In this document: positions 51,671 to 62,642 of the stretch, in pieces | Layout of the letters: every line of letters begins with the position of its first letter | Numbering within the stretch: the first letter of the stretch is position 1 | Assembly: GCA_963771885.1 (NCBI GenBank) | Contig: CAVYVF010000002.1 | Location: 192,001-256,000 of the forward strand | Direction of reading: 5' to 3' | DNA length: 64,000 nt | Source of the DNA: Candidatus Bathyarchaeota archaeon | Lineage (GTDB): Archaea; Thermoproteota; Bathyarchaeia; TCS64 | Position numbers and translations under genes: made by a program | Notes under the pieces: generated by a model | Databases searched by the model: none | The model's input: only the letters and a program-made list of their open reading frames with translations | What the model was told of the DNA's origin: nothing

Positions 51671-52192
51671 ATGTCTAAGCCGATCTGGATAGCCCGCGAT
51701 CCAGCAAACTGCTCGGGTTGCAGGCGCTGTGAACTCATCTGCAGCATAGAGCACGAGGGCTGGATGTGGCCCGACGCCTCGAGAGTGCGCGTCTTCATGC
51801 CTTTCCCAGGCATCGAGGTGCCCCACCTCTGCGCCCAGTGCATGGACTACCCATGCATAGCCTCCTGCCCAGTGCAGGCACTGTCAAAGGACTCAAACAC
51901 CGCCGCGGTCATCGTCGATCGGGCGAAGTGTATCAGCTGCGGAGCCTGCATAAGGGCATGCCCCGGGACGGTGCCGTATCTGCACCCAGGTGACAACAAG
52001 GCGACCATCTGTGACCTCTGCGGCGGCTCACCCAAGTGCGTCGAGGTGTGCACCGAGGCGGGGTACAACTGCCTCACCATCGTAAACGAGCCCCCTAACG
52101 TTCACAGGAAGATCTACAGCAGGAACCCCTACGACACGGCGAAGGACATCGCAGTGAAGCATGTTCGGGGAGAAGGGCGAGGAGGTAATTAA
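51671..52192 (+). CDS. Multi-[4Fe-4S] subunit (WOR5 small-subunit-like)
   Basis: CSGCRRCELIC, CAQC..YPC..CP, CISCGACIRACP, CDLCGGSPKCV. Confidence 0.9.
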   Translation: MSKPIWIARDPANCSGCRRCELICSIEHEGWMWPDASRVRVFMPFPGIEVPHLCAQCMDYPCIASCPVQALSKDSNTAAVIVDRAKCISCGACIRACPGTVPYLHPGDNKATICDLCGGSPKCVEVCTEAGYNCLTIVNEPPNVHRKIYSRNPYDTAKDIAVKHVRGEGRGGN

Positions 52193-54077
52193 ATGAGCAC
52201 CATCAAGACGGAGCCCGGCGGATACGCGGGCAAGTGGCTCGACATAGACCTCACCAAGGGCAAGATCGAGACCGTTACATTCCCCTACGAGTATGCTTGA
52301 GCAGTACTTCGGCGGCAGGGGCATGGCGGCGAAGATACTCTGGGACCGCGTCGGAGACAAGTGGAGCGAACTTGACTCACTCTCTCCCGAGAACCCACTC
52401 ATATTCGCAACGGGGCCGATGACCGGCATCTACCCAGGTGCACGCATTTGCGTTAGCGGTAAGAGCCCCGCAAACAACGGCGTCATCGGCAGCACGGCTG
52501 CGACTGAGACCGCCGTAGAGCTGAAGGACGCGGGATACGACGGTATAATATTCACGGGCAAGTCAGAGAACCCCGTCTATCTATTAGTCACTGACAGTGG
52601 AGTGGAGCTCGTCGACGCGAAGCACCTCTGGGGCCTCGACTCCGAGGAGACGCTGATCAAACTCAACAAAGAGGTCAGGGACGCTCTAGCGAAGAAGATG
52701 CCACGGGTCGGCCTCTGGAAGGAGCCGGCGACCATGTACATCGGCCCAGCCGGGGAGAACAAGGTGCGTAACTCGGCGGTATGCACAAAGATATGTCACG
52801 CCGCCGGCTATGGTGGTTACGGGGCGCTGATGGGCTCGAAGAACCTAAAGGCGATCGCCGTCAAGAGCAGGGGTATATTCCCGGCTGTCGACGCACCAGA
52901 GACCGTCAAGGTTCTGTGGAGGAAGGTCCACGCCGACTTGATCGCCGTGTCATCAATGCGCAGGTGGGGCACGGGTGCCATGGGCTATGGAGCCGGATAT
53001 GGAACGAGCAGCGAGCCCATCAGGAACTGGCAGGAGGAGTGGCACGACGAGAAGCAACTCGGCGTAAACCGATACATGGACAAGTACTGGGTCAAGGTAA
53101 AGTGGGCGGACTTCAACTGCACCACTAACTGCATGAAGGTCAGCTGCATAAAGTCAGGTAAGTGGAAGGGCGACATCACCGACGTCCCAGACTACGAGCT
53201 GCAAGCATACTGCGGGACCAACTTCGGCATCTACGACGCCGGCGACAACATCCACCTGAGCACCCTGATGGACAAGCTGGGGCACAGCGGCATTAACGGA
53301 GCGAACACGATCGGATTCGCAGCCGAGCTTTACCAGCGAGGTATACTCACCGAGGAGGACATAGGCTTCAAGCTCGAGTGGGGCGACGTCGAGGCCTTCG
53401 ACAAGCTCACGCGTATGATGGCATACCGACAGGGCATAGGTGACATCCTCGCCGAGGGCAGCTACCGCGCTGCGATAAAGATCGCAGAGATGAAGGGACT
53501 ACCCAGGGATGACGTGCTGAAGTACGTCATCCACGTCAAGGGCATAGAGATCGGCGCCCACGGCACACGAAGCGATATGGACTACACACACGACATGACC
53601 TACGCCGCTAGCGTCCAGGGTGGAGACCACACCGCAAACGTCATAGATGGCTACAACGACATGAGCGGCAATCTCTACTTCGACTCCGCTGTCTACTGCA
53701 GCTTCACCGGGAGGGGACCGAGCGTCGCCCTCCAGTTCGACTTCGCCAAGGCAGTTACCGGCTTCCCAATCAACATCACGAGTTGGAGGAAGGTCAACGG
53801 CCCGAGGATCACAACGCTGCAGAAGGCGTTCCTCCTCATGGGCGGACCTGACCTCATGTGGGAACCGCTAAAGGACGATGACAACCCGCCCCGCTACTAT
53901 GAGCCACTGCCATCAGGGCCCTGGAAGGGCAAGACCACGGACAAGGAGCGCGTCGACCTCAGAATACAGGCCTACTTCGAGACCCTCGGCTGGGATAACA
54001 GGGGCATCCCGAAGAAGGAGACTCTCGAGAGGCTCGACCTCGGCTTCCTAGAGAAACACATGGCGAAGTACCGCTAA
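52193..54077 (+). CDS. Tungsten aldehyde:ferredoxin oxidoreductase family, WOR5-like; frameshift near 52292
   Basis: GYAGK..DIDL, GGRG, HAAGYGGYGALMGSKNLKA, DxxCxxxC. Confidence 0.88.
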
Positions 54078-54147
54078 TCCTACTTTCATTTACTCTCATT
54101 CTTTTCACTAGGACACGTTTTAAGCGACCTTTTCGTGTTCATTCCAG

Positions 54148-57018
54148 ATGTCGGTCTTCAATCTGCTCCATCCCCGGCTGAGGGAGGCCCTAACTGAGTT
54201 TGGGCTGGTGAAGCCGACTCCGCCACAGGAGAGGGTGATCCCCCCTATTCTGGCGGGGGAGAATGTCCTCCTCGTGGCGCCAACGGCGAGTGGCAAGACC
54301 GAGGCGGCTATACTCCCGGTCTTCGACGCCTACTTGCGCGAGGGGGACAAGGCCGGCATCAACATCATCTACATTACGCCTCTCCGCGCCTTGAACCGGG
54401 ACATCGACAAGCGTATGATGGCGTGGGCGGAGAGCCTCGGCATCGATGTGCAGGTGCGCCATAGCGACACGACGCAGAAGCAGAGGCGGAGTCAACTCAA
54501 GAAGCCGCCCCAGATGCTGATAACGACCCCTGAGACGCTTCAGGCGATCCTCCCCACGAAGGACATGAGGAAGCACCTCGCCTCTGTACGCTGGGTCATT
54601 ATCGACGAGATACACGACCTCGCCGCCTCGAAGCGTGGAGCACAGCTCACCGTGGGACTGGCTCGCCTTGATGAAGTCGCGGCGAAGCCACCACAGAGAA
54701 TCGGCCTCTCAGCCACCGTCGGCAACCCCGAGACCATCGCCGCATTCCTTGCCGGCCCCCACCCAATTAAGATCGTCGAGGTCACTGTGGACAAGAACTA
54801 CGTCTACGACGTCGAGTACCCTGAGGCCAAGGCGGAGGACTTCGACCTCGCGAGCGACATGAACACGACGCCTATAGCGGCGTCCCGCCTACGCGCCATA
54901 AGGGACCTGGTCAGGGCACATCACTCCACACTCATCTTCGTGCAGGGGCGCGGACAGGCGGAGAGCCTCGGCCACAAGCTCGGGCAGCTCGACCCCGGCA
55001 TAGAGGTCCACCACGGCAGCCTGAGTAGGGAGCAGCGTCATATCGTCGAGGACAGGTTCAAAGCTGGCGAGTTGAAGGCGATCGTCGCCACCTCCACACT
55101 GCAGCTCGGCATCGACGTCGGCAACGTCGACCTGACGATACAGTACAACAGTCCACGTCAAGTATCCACGCTAATACAGCGTGTGGGGCGCGCTGGGCAT
55201 AAGTTGAGCAAGCTCTCACGGGGTATAATCGTCACCGCCTACGGTGAGGACGCGCTGGAGTCCATGGTGACTGCGCGGAAGGCGAAGGTTAACGAGATAG
55301 AGCCGACCGAGCCACATAGGAATCCGCTCGACGTCCTCGCCCATCAGGTAACTGGGATGACGCTCGACTACGGTGAAGTCAACCTAGAAAAAATATATTC
55401 TATTATTATAGGTGGCGCGAACTGCTTCAAAACACTTAGCCGCGGCGATTTTGAAGATGTCGTCGGCTTCCTAAATGCCATAAGGATCGTGAACAGGAGG
55501 GGAGATAAGTTGGAGAAGACGAAGAAGGGACAGAGATATTACTACGAGAACCTCGGCATGATCAACGACGAGAGGCGTTACCCCTTCATCAATGTCGCCA
55601 CCGACAAGGTGATTGGCACCGTCGGCGATGAGTTCTGGACGCTTCGGGCACGCGTTGGCCTTAACGTTATCCTCAAGGGAAAAGTCTGGAAAATTCTGCA
55701 GATCGACGAGGACGAAGGGAGACTCTTCGTGCTTCCCAGTGATGATCCCCTCGGGGCGCTCCCCGGATGGGACGGCGAGCTCATCGGCGTCACAAAGGAC
55801 GTCGCTGAGGAGGTCGGCGACGTCAGGGAGATGATGGGGGAGAGGATCAAAGTGAAAGGGCTAGAGGTGACAGTTGAGGAACTCTCGAAGGAACTCCACC
55901 TCCCTCTCGCGACAGTCGCCGTAGCGGCTAAGGAGGTCGATGCACAGCTAAAAGCCGGCTTCCCGATCCCTAATAAGGGTCTCATACTCGTCGAGTCGTA
56001 CGAGAGATACATCATCATACACACCGCCTACGGAAGCAAGGTCAACACGACCCTCGGCTGCGTCCTCGACGCCATGCTCAGCGAGAGGGACCTAATCCTT
56101 GGCTGGTGGAGCGACGCCTACCGAATACTCATCGAGGCGACTGGCAAGGTAAGTAGGTATGATGTCGACGATGTCGTAAACGTCCTCAAGAGCCTTAAGC
56201 CGGAGGACGCGGAGACTCGCCTCACCGAGTACATGGAGGCGCGGTTTCCCTACGCCTACAACATGAAGTTCATCGCAGAGCGCTTCGGAGCCATACCCCG
56301 TGGCAAATCCTATGGCGCCGAGTCACTAAACCGCCTCTACCGTAGGTATAAAAACAGCCCCATCTACAAGGAGGCGCTACGCGAGGTCTACAAGGAGAAG
56401 CTTGACCTCAACTCCGTGAAGCAGATAGTGGGCGACGCCTCAGCCGGCAGTATACAGATACAGTACGTCCCTGCGAAGGAACCGAGTCCACTCGCACGGC
56501 ACATACTCGAAGCCTACGCCGACCTCGAGGAGCTACTCGACTCCAGCATCACCGTCCCCGACCAACTCGATTACATGCAGAAGAGCGTCCACGCTAGGGA
56601 GGTGAAACTGAGTTGCATGAACTGCAACGAGTGGCACACCGAGGCGAGGATACGGGACCTGCCTGATCGCCCCACATGCATTAAGTGCGGTTCGGGTCTG
56701 CTGGCCGTTCTCCGCCGAGTGGAGGACCCTGAGCACTTCCGGTCCCTCCTCAATCGCATGAAAGTAGGCGAGCAGCTCATACCCGAGGAAACGGATACAG
56801 TCACGAATGGGCGCAAGACCGCCGACATGGTCCTGAGCTATGGGCGCAAGGCTGTGGAAGCGCTCGGTGTCTACGGCGTCGGCCCCGTCACCGCCTATCA
56901 GGTATTAAGCAGGATGCACTCAACCGACACCGATTTCTACTCCGCCTTGTTAAAGGCAAAAATCCAGTACATGCGTACGCGGCAATACTGGGATAACAAG
57001 AAAGAGAAGATGAAGTAG
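54148..57018 (+). CDS. lhr: Lhr-family DEAD/DEAH helicase
   Basis: APTASGKT, DEIH, SAT, HHGSL, QRVGRAGH, C-terminal Zn finger. Confidence 0.9.
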   Translation: MSVFNLLHPRLREALTEFGLVKPTPPQERVIPPILAGENVLLVAPTASGKTEAAILPVFDAYLREGDKAGINIIYITPLRALNRDIDKRMMAWAESLGIDVQVRHSDTTQKQRRSQLKKPPQMLITTPETLQAILPTKDMRKHLASVRWVIIDEIHDLAASKRGAQLTVGLARLDEVAAKPPQRIGLSATVGNPETIAAFLAGPHPIKIVEVTVDKNYVYDVEYPEAKAEDFDLASDMNTTPIAASRLRAIRDLVRAHHSTLIFVQGRGQAESLGHKLGQLDPGIEVHHGSLSREQRHIVEDRFKAGELKAIVATSTLQLGIDVGNVDLTIQYNSPRQVSTLIQRVGRAGHKLSKLSRGIIVTAYGEDALESMVTARKAKVNEIEPTEPHRNPLDVLAHQVTGMTLDYGEVNLEKIYSIIIGGANCFKTLSRGDFEDVVGFLNAIRIVNRRGDKLEKTKKGQRYYYENLGMINDERRYPFINVATDKVIGTVGDEFWTLRARVGLNVILKGKVWKILQIDEDEGRLFVLPSDDPLGALPGWDGELIGVTKDVAEEVGDVREMMGERIKVKGLEVTVEELSKELHLPLATVAVAAKEVDAQLKAGFPIPNKGLILVESYERYIIIHTAYGSKVNTTLGCVLDAMLSERDLILGWWSDAYRILIEATGKVSRYDVDDVVNVLKSLKPEDAETRLTEYMEARFPYAYNMKFIAERFGAIPRGKSYGAESLNRLYRRYKNSPIYKEALREVYKEKLDLNSVKQIVGDASAGSIQIQYVPAKEPSPLARHILEAYADLEELLDSSITVPDQLDYMQKSVHAREVKLSCMNCNEWHTEARIRDLPDRPTCIKCGSGLLAVLRRVEDPEHFRSLLNRMKVGEQLIPEETDTVTNGRKTADMVLSYGRKAVEALGVYGVGPVTAYQVLSRMHSTDTDFYSALLKAKIQYMRTRQYWDNKKEKMK

Positions 57019-57019
57019 G

Positions 57020-57364
57020 TTACTCGTCGTCCTTGAGGAATTTCGACTCGTCGTCGCCGGCCTCGAGGGCGAAGTTCATGTGCGCCATGCTCGCGCCTGC
57101 GCCTAGTGCAGCGGCAACTGCTATGACTTCTGCGAGCTCCTCCTTCGTCGCGCCTGCCGCGAGCGCCCTCTTCGCGTGGGCCTCGATGCAGTACGGGCAC
57201 CTCGTGATATATGTGGCAGCGACCGCGCAGAGCTCCTTTGTCTTTACGTCGAGCTTGCCCGGCTCGAAGACTTTCTCGTCGAATTCTCCGAAGGCCTTGA
57301 GCACACCCTGATTCCAGTACTTTGTGACTTCCCTGTTCCTCTTCTTGGCGTAGTAGTATGCCAT
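57020..57364 (-). CDS. Carboxymuconolactone decarboxylase/AhpD-family protein
   Basis: LDVKTKEL, CPYCIEAH. Confidence 0.9.
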   Translation of the reverse strand: MAYYYAKKRNREVTKYWNQGVLKAFGEFDEKVFEPGKLDVKTKELCAVAATYITRCPYCIEAHAKRALAAGATKEELAEVIAVAAALGAGASMAHMNFALEAGDDESKFLKDDE

Positions 57365-57401
57365 AGGGGAACGCTCGCCACACCTTATTCAAGCCTTGTG
57401 G

Positions 57402-58589
57402 TTAACGCATGACGGCGGCGAGCGCCTCGATGCTTCTCTCGACGCCGTCGCCGAGGTGGCTCGCGTTCAGCTCCGCGAGGCGCTCAGCAAATGATTCGTC
57501 TCCCAACATCTCCTCAATGAGGAGAAGAAGCCCGTCCCTCTCGATGTTCTTTTGGTGGATTGCATGGGCGACGCCGAGCTCCTGCGCCCGGCGGGCGTTA
57601 CCGTACTGCTCCGGGTGGTTCGCCACTGGTATTATAACAGCTGGCTTCCCATAGCAGATACTCTGCATCATCGTCTCGTGTCCGCCTCGGGATATGACAA
57701 GATCACAGGCGTTCAGTATGTCGAACTTCTCCTTGACCCAACTAACCTTGATTAATGAACCATTCCTAACTGGCTTGGAGTCGCCATTCGGGTCGCCCAT
57801 AGACATCACGACGCGGTACTCATCGGGAAAGGACTCGAAGATTGGCGAGAGGAGTTTCAGTAGAGGCAGCCTCTCAGCACGTGGGCCACTTATCCCCGCA
57901 TAGACGAGCCTCTGCTCAGGGGCAACATCTAGCTCTGCTCTGACATCGCACCTGTCTCTCGCCTCTTCCGGCCTCTTCGGAAGGATGGCGCCGACGAGTT
58001 CCACCTTCTTCTGGTATGGCCCGGGGATTCGCAGGCAGTCTATGCTGAGCGTGTTGGGGGCTGGGAAGTCGGGTATAAGAATCTTGTCGGCGTAGCCCCA
58101 ACCCCTGCCGATGAGGGTCATTATCACGCCGTCCCCTACTTTGGACAGCATGAACATGTCCTTCTTCATCGGAATGAGTGGTGTGAACTGATTGAGGATG
58201 AGCAGGATGGGAAGGCCAAGCATCTTCGCGGCAAAGATGGATGAGAGGCGGGAATCAGAGACGACGGCGTCCGGCTTAAACGCCTTCATATATTTGATCT
58301 CGGCGTTCACCTGCCTCATGAACGTGGGGAGAGCCTTGACTCCCTGATTGATCGAGGACATCTTCAGATCGATGCTCCCCGAAGAGTCGTTCGACATCGA
58401 GATAGGCGGCGCGGGGAGGACCCTGAACCCCTGCTTCGCCGTATAGTCGATGCCCTCAAGGTATGTTGAGAAGACTATCTCGGCGCCGCGCCTACGCAGC
58501 TCCTGCGCTATAGGCATGTTACGGCTCGCGTGGCCGAGACCAATGCCGCAGGGGCTGAAGTATATCCGGGCGCCGTCGAAGCCAACCAA
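57402..58589 (-). CDS. GT28/MurG-like glycosyltransferase
   Basis: GIGLGHASR, ISRGGHET, HPEQYGNA. Confidence 0.85.
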   Translation of the reverse strand: MVGFDGARIYFSPCGIGLGHASRNMPIAQELRRRGAEIVFSTYLEGIDYTAKQGFRVLPAPPISMSNDSSGSIDLKMSSINQGVKALPTFMRQVNAEIKYMKAFKPDAVVSDSRLSSIFAAKMLGLPILLILNQFTPLIPMKKDMFMLSKVGDGVIMTLIGRGWGYADKILIPDFPAPNTLSIDCLRIPGPYQKKVELVGAILPKRPEEARDRCDVRAELDVAPEQRLVYAGISGPRAERLPLLKLLSPIFESFPDEYRVVMSMGDPNGDSKPVRNGSLIKVSWVKEKFDILNACDLVISRGGHETMMQSICYGKPAVIIPVANHPEQYGNARRAQELGVAHAIHQKNIERDGLLLLIEEMLGDESFAERLAELNASHLGDGVERSIEALAAVMR

Positions 58590-58598
58590 GTGATGACC

Positions 58599-59216
58599 CT
58601 AGCCGTGTATCTCTTCCCTCTCGATCTCTCCGCCCGGCGTCTTCTCGGCGAAGATAATGGCGGCGAAGCTGCAGACCTCTGTGCCAGGTAGAAGCCACGA
58701 GTCTGGCGGGAGCCCCGCCTTTACGCAGCACTGACTTAGGAACTCCCCGGAGTCCCACCCCCACTCCGTGGCGACCTGCGGGAGTAACAGCCCGCTCCTA
58801 CCGCCCCGCTTGACTATAAGCCCGTGCTCCCCCACCCTGACGCACATCGGGTATCTCTCCGGCTTCTCCACTTTAACGACCTCTGGAGGCGTGAGAACAC
58901 TGACTTCGACTACGATTTTGCCGAGTTCATCCCTTTTTAGTTGGGGGAATCTAGGGTCCTCGAATGCGGCCGCCTCGGCAACTTCGACAACGGCTTCGAC
59001 GAGCGGCTTGATGGGGTAGGGGTAGCCTATGCAGCCCCTGAGCTTCCTTTCCCCCCCGAAGAGTGTGTTGAGGGTGACGAAGACTCCGCATACCTCCCGC
59101 GTCTTCGAGGGCGCGTCGCCGGTGTCCACCTTCTTCCTCGAAAAGTTGGCCTCGATGGTCCCGCGCGCCAGCTTTACGAGGTATGTTCCCTCGCTGAGCG
59201 TAAGGTCGAAGGTCAT
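58599..59216 (-). CDS. AMMECR1-domain protein
   Basis: GVFVTL, LRGCIG, DPRF, EVSVL, LLPQV. Confidence 0.92.
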   Translation of the reverse strand: MTFDLTLSEGTYLVKLARGTIEANFSRKKVDTGDAPSKTREVCGVFVTLNTLFGGERKLRGCIGYPYPIKPLVEAVVEVAEAAAFEDPRFPQLKRDELGKIVVEVSVLTPPEVVKVEKPERYPMCVRVGEHGLIVKRGGRSGLLLPQVATEWGWDSGEFLSQCCVKAGLPPDSWLLPGTEVCSFAAIIFAEKTPGGEIEREEIHG

Positions 59217-59254
59217 GGGGGCTCCTTCTTTCATAGTTCGGGTGTCCGGCGCGT

Positions 59255-59735
59255 TTAAATGGATGCCGGATGGGCCTCGGCGCGTCTTAGCGTCTCCACT
59301 ATCTTTGGCCAGTGGCTTCCCCGCCAGTAGACGCTCCCGCACTGGGGGCAAGCCCAGTAGTCGTCGATGACCCTGTATGTGCCCTCGGGGACCCTGCCCT
59401 CTACGTCTGCCTTAACTACCTTTTCGACGGCGTGATTACATTTCGGGCATCTGGACTGCGTGGGGTCGAACGTGAGACCATAACTCCGCGGATAGCTGTG
59501 CAAGCGCCTCCTCGTCTCTCTCTGATTTGATATATATGGAGTCTGCACCTCTCTTCTTCGCCCTGATAACGAGCACCTCGTCGCGGGTCAGTAGAATCCG
59601 GCTCCAGCGGAGCGCCTCATCGACGAGTTCATCGTCCTCCGTGTCCTTCCTGTACTCGGTGTCATATCCCCCGATCCTGAGCCATCTGGCGAGTGAACCG
59701 AGCATACCGTCTAGGAGGAAGCGGGGCGCCATCAA
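59255..59735 (-). CDS. Mut7-C RNase-domain protein, frameshift near 49 nt into 59480-59500
   Basis: DGMLGSLARWLRIGGYD; RCPKCN, CPQCGSVYWRGSHW. Confidence 0.85.
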
Positions 59736-59756
59736 AACTAGAAATGGGCCGGTGGC

Positions 59757-60320
59757 TTATTCTTCCTTCTCCTCGGCTCGGCAGTCCTCGCAGAGGAACT
59801 CGCCGTCTACACCGCGGAGGTTGGTCGAGTAGGCCTCGCAGCGGTCGCAGTAGCCGACCGTGGAGGGACTGAAGCCTTCGGGGGCGCCATTGATCTTGGA
59901 GTTCTCCCTCATTATCTCCATGATAGTGGGGATTATCCTGATGATATCTTTGTGACTGATTATGCCGACGAGCTGCCCCTTGTACGTCACGCCGAGGCGA
60001 CGAATGTTGAGCTTATCCATCATCCTCATCGCGTCGACTATGGGTGTCTCCGCCTTAACGACGCGGAGTGGACTGGACATAACCTCGCCAGCGGTGACTC
60101 CCTTCGGCGACTTGCCGTCAGCGACGACGCGCAGCACAATGTCCCGCTCCGTGACAATGCCGACGGGCTGCCCCTCAGCGTTGTTTACCACGACTGCGCC
60201 GAGCTTCTGCTCGCGCATGAGCTTTGCGACCTCGGTGATGTCACTGCCCTCTTCGACGGCGAAGACGGGGCTAGACATCGCCTCCCGTACCATCATCTTT
60301 GGTTCTAACTCAAGGCTCAT
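59757..60320 (-). CDS. CBS-pair protein with C-terminal Zn ribbon
   Basis: PVGIVTERD; GYCDRC...LCEDC. Confidence 0.88.
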   Translation of the reverse strand: MSLELEPKMMVREAMSSPVFAVEEGSDITEVAKLMREQKLGAVVVNNAEGQPVGIVTERDIVLRVVADGKSPKGVTAGEVMSSPLRVVKAETPIVDAMRMMDKLNIRRLGVTYKGQLVGIISHKDIIRIIPTIMEIMRENSKINGAPEGFSPSTVGYCDRCEAYSTNLRGVDGEFLCEDCRAEEKEE

Positions 60321-60401
60321 AGCCCCTATGCCTCCGAGTTGACAACGGATTATTGGTATAAAAAGGGTATGAAGTTGTACTCCATAATGGCGGGTGAATG
60401 G

Positions 60402-60740
60402 CTAGAGGAGGCTGACGCCACCACAGTGGTCGCAGACGACGACGCTTCCCGCTCCGACCTTCTCGGCGGAGACGCCGATCCATCCTCCGCACTGGCTGCA
60501 CCGAGCAAGTACGCCCCCACCCACCGAGGATGATGCCTTCACCTCACTCACCTTGCCAAGCCCTGTGATGACCGTGGGGCGCTTGAGGCCCAATCTAGAA
60601 GCCATGAGGCGTATCGAGTTTGGGCTCCTACTCGGAAGCTCTTCGAGGAGCTCGGGGAAGCTCGCTCCACTGGGGTACATACTCCTCAGCTTGTAGACCT
60701 CGGTCTCCGTCCAGACCCTCTGCCTCATCAGCATCGTCAT
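60402..60740 (-). CDS. Small protein with a Myb/SANT-like HTH and a Zn ribbon
   Basis: WTETEVYKL...RSPNSIRLMASRLGL; CSQC and CDHC. Confidence 0.65.
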   Translation of the reverse strand: MTMLMRQRVWTETEVYKLRSMYPSGASFPELLEELPSRSPNSIRLMASRLGLKRPTVITGLGKVSEVKASSSVGGGVLARCSQCGGWIGVSAEKVGAGSVVVCDHCGGVSLL

Positions 60741-60759
60741 TATCCTCTAGGATGTTGGG

Positions 60760-60880
60760 GTAGCGCGGGTTGGGGAACCCGATATGGCAGGCCGGTTCGG
60801 CGTCGCGTCGGGTCACCCCGATCGCCTCGCCTCCCCCATTCTCCCCGCCCCGAAGCATCGCCTAGGCCAACCCGGGCTAC
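60760..60880 (-). ncRNA. Candidate 121-nt structured RNA upstream of 60402-60740
   Basis: 13/14-bp terminal stem (60760-73 with 60867-80); inner GGCG-AG-GCG-A-UCGGG-GUGA-CCCGA-CGC-GA-CGCC hairpin on the minus strand. Confidence 0.5.
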
Positions 60881-61219
60881 ACTAGGATTGACGACCCGTG
60901 AGGGCTGTCCATCGTGGTGGGTCTTCGGAGCCCCCCGCGCTACGCGATTAGAGCGGTTCGAATCGTATATGATGGTTCTGTTGCAGCGATTGTTCATTAC
61001 GTGGGTGGTTGGCGTAGAAAATTATATCCCTGTTTGTCTCATTGGGGTAAATATCGTCGCGTGGCGTTGAGACCAAAAGCCGTTTACGCCTTCCGGTGAA
61101 AACACGGGGACACGCCCCATGCCACTTGACTTCTCTGAGGAAAAACAGCCAGCATATAAACGCCCAGTGGTTCGACGAAAGGTTTAATGAGAAACCGCCC
61201 GTTGGGATATGCGACTCCT

Positions 61220-61959
61220 TTGGAAATCCAGTACATTAGCAGGCCCGAGCTTGACCATCCGGATATGATAGCCGCGTGGCCGGGGATGGGTTATATTGCG
61301 AAGATATCCGCTGACTACCTGCGTAGGCGCCTCAACGCCAAGTTGTTCGCCGAGGTCACCTACTATCACAATATGCTCGTCTACAACAACGGTCAAGGCG
61401 AACTTTCCCCGATCAGGCACAGGTTCTACTATTCACCCTCGAGGAACCTGATAATCTGCGTCGGCGACGCGCAGCCATCGATACCCGAGGAGTCGATCAG
61501 GCTCGCGAGAACGTGTCGTAAACCTAGCAGTGGAGTTCGGTGTCCGCCGCATCTGGACCATGGCGGCGTACCCGACTGAGTACACGGATGAGCCCCAGGT
61601 CTACGGCGTCTACACGGATGAGTCAATGAAGGCACCACTCGAGGCGATTGGCGTTAAGATTGTTCAGGAGGAGGGCGTCGTGAACGGGCTCAACGGCGTA
61701 GTCATAGGAATAGCGAAGTCGCGGGGGATACCCGGCGTCTGCCTGATGGGCGACATAAAGTACGCCAACGTGCCCCAGCACCTCTCCTCACGCGCCGTAC
61801 TCATCAAGCTGGCGCCCTGCTCGATATCGAACTCGACACGACGCTCCTCGAGAAGAGGGCGAGGCGCCTCGACGCATCCATCAGAAAGAGGCTCGAGGCC
61901 TTCGAGGAGGAGGCTGAGCTCCCCCGATCTCGGAGAAGAAGCCAGACTACATCAGCTAA
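61220..61959 (+). CDS. PAC2-family proteasome assembly chaperone, frameshifted
   Basis: AWPGMGYIA, GDAQP, GLNGV, C-terminal YIS* (HbYX-like). Confidence 0.82.
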
Positions 61960-61995
61960 CGATACGTAGAAATATGCCGGAGCAGCCATAACGGG

Positions 61996-62277
61996 GTGAA
62001 CACGATGAAGCCCTCTGAGAAGCTCTACTGGATCAAGGCAGGCCTGGCGCTCGTCGCCGCGTTGTTATGCTTCTCCCTTCAGACCTACTTCGCCATTGAG
62101 GGGACGCTCGTCTTCCTACTCGGCGCCCTCCTATACCTCGCCACCTCCGACGCCCTTTCGAGCTACTTCAAGCTGGAGAGGGGACACGGACTCAAGGTGG
62201 GAGCCGGCGCGTACATATTCATCTGGATAATGGTCTGGACGCTCCTATACACGGTGTCCCAGACAGCACCCATCTAG
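61996..62277 (+). CDS. Small membrane protein
   Basis: KLYWIK...GAYIFIWIMVWTLLYT; about three TM segments. Confidence 0.7.
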   Translation: MNTMKPSEKLYWIKAGLALVAALLCFSLQTYFAIEGTLVFLLGALLYLATSDALSSYFKLERGHGLKVGAGAYIFIWIMVWTLLYTVSQTAPI

Positions 62278-62278
62278 A

Positions 62279-62629
62279 CTACTTCTTAGCCGCCATTCTA
62301 TAATGAACTAGGTCGGACCACGCAGAGAAGAAACCCGTGTCGAACGGCTTCGGCCTCCCTTTCATGAGAAGCTCCCTGAAGTCTTTGCTGTGCTTCTCGA
62401 GTCCCTCCTCAGTGGTACTGGCCTTGTTGAAGAAGTCCCTATCGTCGCCGGAGCGGGCCGAGATGAGAATACCCTCCAGCGCCTTAATGTAGCCCTCCTG
62501 GAACTCGGGGTTGGCGTTCTTGCGGCTTCGTACCTCGTCAAGTGCCTTGTCGGCGTCACTGAAGCGACGCTCGATGACGGCGTCGAAGAAGACTATGACG
62601 GATTCGCGGGTCTTGCCGGTGGCCGTCAT
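62279..62629 (-). CDS. Hypothetical protein downstream of radA
   Basis: GYIKALEG...DTGFFSAW. Confidence 0.7.
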   Translation of the reverse strand: MTATGKTRESVIVFFDAVIERRFSDADKALDEVRSRKNANPEFQEGYIKALEGILISARSGDDRDFFNKASTTEEGLEKHSKDFRELLMKGRPKPFDTGFFSAWSDLVHYRMAAKK

Positions 62630-62642
62630 TCCTCGGGGTCTG

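Noticed and set aside
60740..61187. RNase P, SRP or 5S RNA
   Set aside because: Hallmark motifs such as GAGGAAAGTCC and the SRP helix-8 signature were not found
12082..61959. Frameshifts in the M20 peptidase, hypE, Ddl-like, MurL-like, PLP enzyme, AOR, Mut7-C and PAC2 genes as programmed frameshifting or pseudogenes
   Set aside because: They are scattered across unrelated genes, often at short homopolymers, and I saw no in-frame nonsense codons; assembly indels are the simplest explanation
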